Source: Felis catus
Lineage: Eukaryota
DNA length: 64,000 nucleotides
Assembly (NCBI RefSeq): GCF_018350175.1
Contig: NC_058379.1
Coordinates: forward strand, 38,130,001 to 38,194,000
Direction: 5' to 3'
Position 1 is the stretch's first letter. Each line of letters starts with the position of its first letter. Positions 1 to 10,100 of this stretch are shown piece by piece. Position numbers and translations under genes: made by a program. The notes below the pieces were generated by a model that worked only from the letters and a program-made list of their open reading frames with translations, was not told the origin of the DNA and searched no databases.

Positions 1-410
1 CTTATAAAAGACTTGTGTCCAAAACATACAAACAACTGTTGAAAACTAGCCATAAGAAGACAACCCACTTTTTAAGAGGACAAAGATATCAACAGACACA
101 TCAGCAGGCCTAGATGGCAAATAAACACATGAAAAGATGCTCAACATCCTATGTCATCAGGGAACTGCAAATTACAACCATACAATACCCCCCCACACAC
201 ACGCCTATTAGAACGGCTGAAATTCTCCCAAACCGGTGAGGACGTGGTGCAACAGGAACTGTCATTCTTCGCTGGCAAGAACGCAAAACAGTATGGCTGC
301 TTTGGAAGAGTCTGGCACCTGCTTTCTAAAACGAAACACAGAATTCCCATGTAATCCAGCATTCCTATTCCTAGGTATTTACTCAAATAAGTTTGAAACC
401 CACGTCCAAA

Positions 411-558
411 TAAGTGGTTCAGTTGTTTTAAGTGTTTGACTCTTGATTTTGTCTCAGGTCATGATTCCATGGTTTGTGAGATTCAGCCCCTTGTTGGGTT
501 CTGTACTGATTCCGCTTGGGATTCTCTCCTCCCCCACCCCTCCCCTGCTCACATGCAT

Positions 559-601
<43 letters not shown>

Positions 602-622
602 ATAAATAAATAAACTTTAAGA
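411..622 (+). mobile_element. Older Can-SINE (5'-eroded), nested in L1MC
   Basis: Contains 'gtggttcagttg...gactcttgattt..gtctcaggtcatgat', (CT)n at 561-598 and an A-rich tail. Confidence 0.88.
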
Positions 623-664
623 AAACCTACACACAAATTTTTATAGAAGATTTAGTCCTAATCA

Positions 665-829
665 NNNNNNNNNNNNNNNNNNNNNNNNNNNNNNNNNNNN
701 NNNNNNNNNNNNNNNNNNNNNNNNNNNNNNNNNNNNNNNNNNNNNNNNNNNNNNNNNNNNNNNNNNNNNNNNNNNNNNNNNNNNNNNNNNNNNNNNNNNN
801 NNNNNNNNNNNNNNNNNNNNNNNNNNNNN
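665..829. other. Assembly gap (N run)
   Basis: Run of n. Confidence 0.99.
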
Positions 830-1250
830 TTCGGCTATACAATAGTCTATAAGAGACAAAGCTGTAGAAACAGCAAAAAAATTGGCAGTTTTGGGGAGTT
901 TGGGGTGGGGAAAGGCAAAAAGAGATGAACAGGGAGAACTTGGAATTTTCAGGGAGGTGAAACTATTCTGTATGAAACTATCCACCATGATAGATGCATG
1001 GCATTACGGATTTGTCAGAACCCATAGAACTGTATAACACAGACTGGATCCTAATGTAAACTATAGACTTCAGTTCCTAATAATAATGTTTCAATATTGG
1101 TTTATCACTGGCAGGATAAGTACCACACTAATGCACGATATTACAAATAGGAAACTGGGGAGTTGGGAAGAGAGGGGGACTTCAGGAACCCTCCATACTA
1201 TCTGCTCAACTTTTCTATAAACCCAAAACTGCTCTAAAAAACAAAGCACT

Positions 1251-1485
1251 GGGGCGCCTGGGTGGCGCAGTCGGTTAAGCATCCGACTTCAGCCAGGTCA
1301 CGATCTCGCGGTCCGTGAGTTCAAGCCCCGCGTCAGGCTCTGGGCTGATGGCTCAGAGCCTGGAGCCTGCTTCCGATTCTGTGTCTCCCTCTCTCTCTGC
1401 CCCTCCCCCGTTCATGCTCTATCTCTCTCTGTCCCAAAAATAAATAAAAACGTTGAAAAAAAAATTAAAAAAAAATAAATAAAAA
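1251..1485 (+). mobile_element. Young feline SINE (SINEC_Fc-type)
   Basis: Starts GGGGCGCCTGGGTGGCGCAGTCGGTTAAG with CpGs largely intact. Perfect 16-bp TSD TAAAAAACAAAGCACT at 1235-1250 and 1486-1501. Confidence 0.97.
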
Positions 1486-1845
1486 TAAAAAACAAAGCAC
1501 TAATTTTTTTTAATGTGATTGTAAGTACTTAGTATATTTGTAATGACCCAGCAGTACCTTGTGTGATGTGGGCAGACAGAGGGATGGAGCAAGGTGGATT
1601 TACTGGGGAGAGGTAGGGATTTTTTGCAGTTGGCTGAAAGGTGATTCTAAGGGCAGGAGCTTGGTACCCACAATTAAGTGAAAGGAGGACATTCTGAGAA
1701 TTAAGTGAAAGGAAACTGAAGGTATAATAAACATATGTAATGAGTATTCTCAATTTCAGTCTAGAAAAATGTTTACAGCCATCACAAACATCTGTAGTGC
1801 TGTACATTATGCGCCGGTTCTTATGGAGTGTGGATACTGCATCCG

Positions 1846-2032
1846 TTTTTTCTTTTTTTTTTTTTTAAGTTTATTCGGCGAGCAGGGGAGGGGCAGAGAG
1901 AGAGAATCCCAAACAGGCTCCACGCTATCAGTGCAGAGCTCCACACAGGGCGAGAACTCACAAACCGTGAGATCATGACCCGAGCGGAGATCAAGAGTCT
2001 GACGCTCGACTGACTGAACCACCCAGGTGCCC
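1846..2032 (-). mobile_element. Can-SINE with shortened CT region
   Basis: Poly-T tail then the reverse complement of the SINE body ending 'cacccaggtgccc'. TSD-like GATACTGCATC(C/T)GTT on both sides. Confidence 0.93.
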
Positions 2033-4924
2033 TGATACTGCATCTGTTCTTGATAATACTCTCATGCAGGCAGTCTGCTACTTTTGATGTCAGTTAAAAT
2101 ATTAATAATAAGAGCTTTCAAGGTAGAATAGAATGTAATAAAAGTTTCTCATTTAAAAGGAGAGCTATTAGCCTTAACTTTGCTTTAAAAAAAAAGTAGC
2201 AGAGCACTGTGTCCCAATTCAGAGACCAGCTGAGACTAGAGGTGTTGAGCTAGAGATTTTGGAGGTGCTGAGATTTGAATGATCAAGTTTGTTTCTCTGC
2301 CAGATGCTCTGAAACACCTACACCCTTGGGCCTGCTGGTAGCATCAGCATAGCCGCCAATGAGGCTCAAAGCAGGAAGAAAATCCTTGGAAGTAAGTGGA
2401 AGGGTCTGGATGCCTCTTAGCCTTCTTTGTAAGATAGCCTGAGCTTTTTGTTTTTTTTTTTTTTTCTTTAGCTTGTCTTTTTAATATGTTCTATATTATC
2501 TTTCTAAAAACTCCCTTCACCCTTCTTTTCTAGAACACTCTTCCTGTCAAATTCCCGAAACACATGAAAATGAGAAAGCCAGTTTTTTTTTTTTCTTGAT
2601 GGACTCTAGATATAGATTATAGCTTATGGGTTTTGCACACATAAGCATTATTGACAAAATATTTTGAAAATCCAAATGTGGAGAAAAGTTATAGTGCAAG
2701 AATTAAAAAAAAAGTCTTAGTAAAAATAAATCTGCTTTAATAAGTAGATACTTATTTTTAGTCATAAGGCTTGAGGGACTGACAACTCTAAAAACTCAAT
2801 TCTGCAGCACCAAGTCTGGTGCAATGTGGGCAGCCCTCCCATACGCTTCCTCAGAGTATTCCAAAAATAACCGTCTCGAACTGGAATCTTCTCTGACACA
2901 TCCTCTTCCCCATGCTGACACCACACTGTCCCCGGTGATCGGAGAGCACAGCTTTACCTACCCAAGTCTCTCCTGCCTGCTCTGCTGGGCCCTGGAACCT
3001 TGTTAGGAGACAGTGAGCAGATCCCAGTGGTCAAGCTGAGGGGCCTCCCCTTGTTTACTGTCCGGAGTTGTGGAAGAGTGGACAACCCAGAGACAACCAG
3101 AGAGACAGGCCTTGTTTTCTGGAATAGAATCACAGCTTGCATCCCAACGCTGCACGGTATTCTTTCACCAGGGCCAAAACGGGATTCCTAGGTTCGTAGA
3201 TTCTAGGCTTGTCATCCCAGACAAGGTGATGGGGAATTCTAATAACTTCAGCTTCTTCCCAGTGTCAGATTTGAGGGATATGGACATTCCCTTCTCATAT
3301 TCTGTGAACGTGTAAGAATCGTGTGGGTGTTTCTGGGTGCAGTGGATGGCCCCAAAACAAAACCATTTGTCTCCTCTATTCGCCAGTTGTCCCAGGGCAT
3401 ACAGGCCTGTCTCCCTTGTCTGTAATTTCAATGCCAAAGGGAAATATTCCCAGGTGCAGCAAAGAAGCTTTACCTTTCAAGTATATTGGGGGTCAAAGAA
3501 AGAAAGCCCCCAAATCTCTCCAACCAGTTGATGTTGTGAGACACTTTTTTGCCTTGATGACAGGTACCAAGGGTTTGAAATAAAACCAAACAAAACTGCC
3601 CTGATATACAGTCGTCCTTGGAGAGAACATGCTTGTTTTATAAGAAAAAGTTTTCTAACCTTGGGATTTCTACTCCATAAGGATACAGTCAAGAAGAGCT
3701 CAGGGCTTGTTCTAAAGGATACAGCAGAAAGGTTAGAGAGGCCAGAATGTTCACGAAGCTGGGACGATTGAGGGAATGAGGCAGGGGAATTCCTTTTCTT
3801 AAAAGCCCTTTACTCAAATGTTGTCCTGGGTTTCTCTACCTAAGCTTCTTCTACTGCTGTTGTGACATCCCATGATTGCTGAGAGAGAAGACATAAACGG
3901 TGAGGCCAAGCATCCTGTGTCTAAACAGAGAATCAGGATTCAATATCTTGAATATATGTAAATGATCCTTGGCTGTATCTTTGGACAGTCGTCATGCTAG
4001 ATTTCTGAACTGAAATTCTTTGGGCCTAGAAATCATTACTGAGCAGTAGAAAAGGAGAGTTGTTGCTGACCCCAGTATACTCGGGTTGTTTTCTCAAAAG
4101 TCATGCTGATCTATTATATAAGTTGAGAAATACAAGGAGTTTTCACCTCTTTATAAATTAAAGGAATAGCTGTTAAAATGAATAAGTTTACATAAATGAG
4201 GGGCATATATATTACTTCAGTACCATATGAAAATATACCTGAATATGCTTAGTATATCAATTAGGTATTTGGTTGAGTCACACTGAGTACATTGCCTCTC
4301 TCCTTGTTGCCATAGTTACCGTGGCCCTGTGGGGGTACATCCTGTATCATTTATGTCGTAGACTTTATTTATTAGCAAAGACAACAGTTTCTTCTTTTAT
4401 TTACATGGTTTTCCCTCATTCACTGTTTTCTAATGCTTTCCTTTATTGATTTGTTTTCTTTGCCTTGAATAATTTCAGATGATGCCATTTTCCTTCAGAT
4501 TTTGACTGCTAAGACATCAGTGATTTTCATGTGCAGAAAGTCAGATTATAAAATAACCACAAAAAGTAAATAATAAAATAGAAAGCATTTAAGGAAACTG
4601 CAAACTAAACTAAAAAAATACAGAAGGCAGGATTCCTGAGTTATTCTAGATGTAGCTACCATGATGAACTTTTATTTTCTTTAATTTCCCTTTAGAAAGA
4701 TAAGGCTTTCAAAAAAAAATTTCCCCAGTGGTCATAGATTTTCATTCAAATACTTTGCCTAGTTTTTGTGCTATAATTTTGAAAGGAACACTCTTAAAAA
4801 AAAAAACATTTCTGGCAGTGGCATCAAATAATAGCTGTCTCCTTAATATGTTCCCTGTGATGGTGATCATCTGGCACTCGCTTCCCATATTATAGCGGAT
4901 GCGTGTTTATTGGCCCTTTCGTGC

Positions 4925-5070
4925 TCTAAAGGATTGTGGTTACCATTTTACTTACTGTTCGCACGGTTGAGAGTCCGTATGCGTGACCTGTCCAAGGTCA
5001 CACAGCTGGTAAACGACAGAGTTAGGTTCGGTTTTCCTCGGGAGTCCAAGGCTCTTCCCTGTAGTGCACC
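4925..5070 (-). mobile_element. MIR fragment
   Basis: 'gtgacctgtccaaggtcacacagctggtaaacgacagagttagg' matches the MIR core. Confidence 0.75.
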
Positions 5071-5134
5071 GCTCCTGGAGCTGCCGGGCTGTGCGCCTCC
5101 GTGGAAGGTGTCATTAGACGGAACGCTGGAGAAT

Positions 5135-5310
5135 TGACTTTAAGCTGAGCCACAAACTCACTGCGTGATGTGGCTAAAACATTCAGACTGGGAGCCCTGG
5201 CTTCCTCATTTGTCAGATGGAAAGCATCTCTCTACCTCTCAAAGTGGTAGCTGACCGGATCAGAGAATTAATATGAAAGGGCATTAAAAACAAAGCACTG
5301 TATATGTAAG
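5135..5310 (+). mobile_element. MIR fragment
   Basis: 'gccacaaactcactgcgtga...cttcctcatttgtcagatgg' is MIR-like. Confidence 0.55.
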
Positions 5311-5878
5311 AGTATGACCAATAGTCAAACATTTCTCTATATGTTCATCAGAGGTGGATAAATAACACCTTCACCTGAACCTCCTGACGGGCACTTCATG
5401 CCCAGCTGGGCCCCCAGGAGTGCGTGTACTCTTGTGATTTTGCTTCCTCTCTGACCCTTGCTAAGTCCTCACGTAAACATGAAAGCAAACTTCTTCCACA
5501 GAAACGTGGGAGATTTTGTTTTGTGTGGAATAGATTGGCATCGAAGTCTGTGTCAAAAGCCATTTGAGTGACTCTTGCATTCTTACTCTGCTTGTTGACA
5601 GTCGTTTCCTTACAAGAATGTCTTTCCGCTTGGTCAGAAATTTCTCCTTGGAGATGACAGAATTGCTGTCTTACCATTAATAAATTTTGTAGCCCACATC
5701 CTTTTTATTTTAAAGAAATACAAACAAATCTACCCAAAGCCATGCTTTCACACACAATAGAGGTAACCAATGCTTTCCTGAAACACGGATGTGTTTTCAG
5801 CCTTGCTGGTAAGCTCACCTTTCGATAATCGCCTTCTGGCCACTTGCGGAAGCAATTACTTCCACAGTTCATAAACAC

Positions 5879-6012
5879 GGGGCTCCTGGGTGGCTCCGTT
5901 GGTTAAGCATCCGACTTTGGCTCAGGTCATGATCTCATGGTTTGTGAGTTCAAGCCCCGCATCGGGCTCCGTGCTGACAGCTTGGAGCCTAGAGCCTGAT
6001 TCAGATTCTCTG

Positions 6013-6048
<36 letters not shown>

Positions 6049-6130
6049 CCTCCCTCGCTCACACTCTGTCTCTCACTCTTGCTGTCTCAAAAATAAAAAA
6101 ACATTAAACATTTAAAAAAAATAAAAAAAG
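5879..6130 (+). mobile_element. Feline SINE (SINEC_Fc2-like)
   Basis: GGGGCTCCTGGGTGGCTC head, 'gctcaggtcatgatctc', (CT)n and an A tail. Short AAACAC duplication. Confidence 0.95.
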
Positions 6131-6524
6131 AAACACAAGTCTACTGTATACAGCGAAGAGACTAAGATTAAAAGTTTAGTCATCTGGATTTCACACATAT
6201 ATCCTGACGTATAGTGAAGAGATCCTTCCGTGAGGATCTGAGACTCTGAGTTCAGTCACTAACTTTTTCTGTGGCATTGGACAACCCTCTTGGGACATCT
6301 GTCACTTGATGGGTTCCATTTGGCTAAATTGCAGGGGATGTCGGTTATATGTTTCTTTGTGTTTCTTATGTTTATATCAAAAGATTAATTTTTTTTACTT
6401 CTTTGAATTCAGGGGTTGGAGGATAAGTTTTTCCGATAATCTTTGTTTGGATTGTTTTACTGTTTTACCTTAACATTAAGACCGTTCCCTGAAAATCTTT
6501 CTAAATCACTCCCCTAAAAGGAAT

Positions 6525-6624
6525 TCTTGAACATACTATCAAAGAAATCTTGAACATGCTATCAAAGAACATCTTGATACATCTTGAACATACTAAATCT
6601 TGAACATACTATCAAAGAAATCTT
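6525..6624. repeat. Short minisatellite, 23-bp unit TCTTGAACATACTATCAAAGAAA
   Basis: Unit starts at 6525, 6548 and 6598, with partial units at 6572 and 6582. Confidence 0.9.
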
Positions 6625-7289
6625 ATTTTCAAATATACCTACTCAAGCAATGATCTTGGTGCTCATGGCAATCTGGATTGAGCTGCTTAGAATCCTACAC
6701 CTGTATCCGGTGCTTAATAACTCTTAAGCCTTGTGATTTGAGAAGTACGTGTATGAGTGAAATGAATATGCTAATACCAGATGTCATTAATCAGTACAAA
6801 TTAATCTTGGAATGAATGACAAAATGTTATAAATCTTCTTTGGGGGTTCCATTCCACCTAAGGTTAAAACCTCCTTAAATACTTCTAGAAAATTTCTTAG
6901 AGAGGTTGTAGTAGGCAAAATGGTTCCTCTTTTATATATATATTGGGGTGGTATAACCATTCACCAAAAATAAGAGAGATGTGCAATTTGAGTTGCTTCT
7001 TCAACACCAGAGAGCACGGAAGTATCTAATCATAATGTCTCACAGATTCCTCAGGTAAAAGGTACTAAGTTCTTGGAAAGAGTTTTAAAAACAACTAGGT
7101 TTCAAAGTCTATTTTGTGTCTTCCAGTGGAGTCATAGAGTAATCTAGAAGTAAACAGATAAAAGCTGAACTCCTAGGAGGGGAAAGAGGGAAGCCCACCC
7201 ACTTGGTGCTGCCCCCTAACCATGCAAGGGCCCTGAGGCATTTCCACAGAACCATTTTTGTGGTGGCAGAATCCTTCATGTGTTCATGT

Positions 7290-7510
7290 GGCCATTCAAC
7301 ACATATTTTCTACATACCCAGCATTATTCTAGGCATGGCGGAGACCACAGTGAACAAGAGCAAAGCTGGTCTCAGCTGTCATGGAGCCCACCGTCTGGTG
7401 AGAGTGACTGACACCAAGCCGGGGAAGGTTACAGCTGAAGTAAGTGCCCAGAAAGAGCAGCATGGGGTGCCAGAGGGTCAGAGAGGCTTCTCTGAGGGAG
7501 TGACACGGGG
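7290..7510 (-). mobile_element. LINE-2 3' fragment
   Basis: 'cattcaacacatattt...ccagcattattctaggcatgg...acagtgaacaaga...catggagcccaccgtctggtg' matches the L2 3' end in antisense. Confidence 0.75.
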
Positions 7511-7619
7511 TCCACTCCTGAAGGGTACGGACACATGAAGTGGACATCAAGGGAAGCGCAGAGGCAGAGGGCAAGGGGAGAAAAGAAGGACATTTGCTGA
7601 GTGTTTCCATGAGCTGACA

Positions 7620-7830
7620 GTATGAGTACCGTGTGTGTTATTTATTTCAATGATCTGATATGATAGTCTTAATCTGATGTTGAGGGTACTGCTTTTCACC
7701 CTGTTTTACCGAGAGGAAACCAAGGTACAGGAATTACATCGTGTACCCTTGGTCCCGCTGTTAAAGATGATGGAGCCAGGGTTTGAACCCAGGTCTTACT
7801 GTAGAGCCTACACCCTGGGCCACCATCCCG
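7620..7830 (-). mobile_element. MIR
   Basis: 'ttttaccgagaggaaaccaaggtacag...ggagccagggtttgaacccaggtct'. Confidence 0.75.
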
Positions 7831-8274
7831 TTCACCTCCTAACACGAGCAGACGCTTACAGGGGCTAGAGCGACGGTGACGTGTGCATCAGTCTGTTCGC
7901 CAAAAAGATCAACACGAAGACTCAGGCCGGCTCAGGGGTCATTCATTCAGCCCATTGCTCCACACTAACACGCGTGATGCTGTAAAGGTGGGTTTGTGAG
8001 AGGCTCCTGTGGGAAAGATGTTGTCACTAAATAGGCAAGCTCACGAGAGCACCGAGAGCCTGTCTGCAAGGAAGGGAAAGAAGCAGACGCGGTGCCCGCC
8101 AGCAGCCCCAGTCACACTGGCAAGACATGTGAGGAGTACAGAGCTTCACTGGGCCTGGTGAGTTGGACTCCGCAATGGCATTTGCACGCCACGATTCCTC
8201 CTTCAGTCACCTCTCAGATAACAGTGAGTTCATCTGCCCATATTGTACATAGCGTGTAGACATCGTTGAGGTGT

Positions 8275-8381
8275 GCCCTCTGGACCATGAGCTCGTAGGC
8301 CGGGAATCTTTGCTTATTTTCTGTATCTTCTGGGCCTGGCCTCACGCCAGTCCTGCAGTGAACACTCAGTACTGAATGAAA
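8275..8381 (+). mobile_element. LINE-2 3' terminal fragment
   Basis: 'gaccatgagctcgtaggccgggaatc...cagtgaacactcagtactgaatgaa'. Confidence 0.6.
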
Positions 8382-8538
8382 TTTGTAGCGTTTCTGGAGC
8401 CAAGTCCCTTGCGCCTTTCTCTGTAGAGTATTTATTGCCTTATTGAATTTATATTTCAGCTATGCAAGCAGTTGTTTTACTATTACACATAGATTACAAA
8501 TGTCTTAATTATCTCAGCATTGTATGCATACGTTTTAA

Positions 8539-8545
8539 TGTTTGT

Positions 8546-8584
<39 letters not shown>

Positions 8585-8741
8585 TGAGGGGGGAGGGCAG
8601 TGAAAGAGGGAGACAAGAGGTTCCAAAGCAGGCTCCGCACCAACGGCAGACACCTCAACGTGGGGCTCGAACCCACAAACTGTGAGATGATGACCTGAGC
8701 CAAATTCAGACATTTAACTAACCGAACCACCCAGGCGCCCC
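8539..8741 (-). mobile_element. Can-SINE with (TTTA)n tail
   Basis: Ends 'cacccaggcgcccc'. (TTTA)n at about 8545-8585. ATACGTTTTAA repeated at 8528-8538 and 8750-8760. Confidence 0.93.
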
Positions 8742-9559
8742 TCAGTCTAATACGTTTTAAAGAGCCAACACCGGCTGGAAATCTGTGAGACATCTCCCTC
8801 TACCACTTAAAAATAGGAAGACATAAGAAACAAGAGCAGGGTAATAATCACATGTTCAAACACTGGACTTGTCCTTCCAGATATTCAATGTGTTGTGGAG
8901 AGAATAAGTTGACACAACATTCTATTGGAATTCTGTGAGTTGTAAATGGATTCTGCCTGACCATCTAGTGCGCACTGTAGTTTAGAGATCTGTGGCACTC
9001 AATTTGCATAGCCCAATTTCAGGCCATTGCGGTACATTTTCCAGTTTGTTGACTTGTTCTTTCTCTAAAAACTAACAATGTCAGAATTCTTTATGCCCAT
9101 TAGCCTACTTACTCACTGAATCTTGAAACAGAAAATTCTTCACCATTGGCAAAGTAAGAGCCAGCTATTTGCAAAACTTAAATCGAGACTCTCTCTGTTA
9201 CCACAGACGGTTAGATGGGAAAAAATACATATGAATTTTGTAACTCACTGCCCTTTCAGCTGCAAACAAGGATATTTGACCTTTTTTTGCCATTTGCTTA
9301 AATGTCTGGAAACTGATATTTATTATACCACAAGAGGCATATAAAGTACAGTAAGCCCTGTTGTTCACTGTGACTAGTATCTGGCGGGGAGCAGGCACTG
9401 ATTCATATTTATTGTAATCCAGCATATTGATTAATACAATATATTGATCCAATATATGTCAACTGCCATCCTCTGAAAACTGCAATTAATTTCATATTGA
9501 AAATACGTTGAACATATTTTATTGCTTTATGATTCAAAAAGCACTCCACAGACTTCCTA

Positions 9560-10100
9560 AACCTCTGAGCCATTGTTTCAACATCACTTGAAGTTGTATT
9601 GATTGATGCAATGGTGCCAGTTGACAGAAATTTCCGATCGATAATATGCTTTCAGCACCCGTCTGTATGTGTAATTTTCAAATTAAAGAAAAAAAATGCT
9701 TATGAAATTGAGTTAAAAGCAGTATTTTAGTCATTACCAAGGGTTTTCTCTAAGTTCTTAGTAAGTCTTTGGAACTACCTCCAATTGCTTTGCAAAGAAC
9801 TCCAAAAGAGACATTTTATAATTGAGCAATGCGATAACAGAGAACCGGCGAGGGAAGCCCGTCAGTAATCAAGCACAGAGCTCGGTGGCCAAAAATGTGC
9901 CATCAGTGCTTAATGAGACAGAATAGCTAACTGATTAGAAATGTTGCAAGACCCCGCTGGGTGCCGGCATGGCCGCTCCCATGGCCATAACTGCTACTTT
10001 CAGTCGTCCCTGCTATTGATGCACATCCTGCAAAGCCAGGAATTTTTAATGCAATATACTGAAAGCCAGTGCTGGCAAATAGGGCATTTATGATGCCAGG
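9560..10100. promoter_or_regulatory. Candidate conserved enhancer (PBX-HOX plus MEIS/PREP motifs, repeat-free)
   Basis: TGATTGAT at 9600-9607 and TGACAG at 9622-9627. No TE recognised between about 8.76 and 12.1 kb. Function is inferred only. Confidence 0.4.

Larger units (their letters stand above)
1..1250 (+). mobile_element. LINE-1 3' end (L1MC1/2/3-like), ORF2 C-terminal remnant plus 3' UTR, interrupted by a SINE and an N-gap
   Basis: 'aaacacatgaaaagatgctcaacatc...cagggaactgcaaatt' resembles the L1 ORF2 3' region. 'cccatagaactgtataacac...ctaatgtaaactatagactt' and 'tgctcaacttttctataaacccaaaactgctctaaaaa' resemble the L1MC 3' UTR end. Confidence 0.85.

Noticed and set aside
1251-1330. tRNA gene
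   Set aside because: The A/B-box-like sequence is the tRNA-derived head of a SINE, followed by the SINE body, tail and TSD.
5890-6096. Recurrent 'MAQSVKHPTSAQVMIS...SSSPASGSVLTA' peptides across the window
   Set aside because: They are translations of Can-SINE copies, not a gene family.
6525-6624. CRISPR-like array
   Set aside because: The units are contiguous with no unique spacers, the context is mammalian and there are no cas genes.
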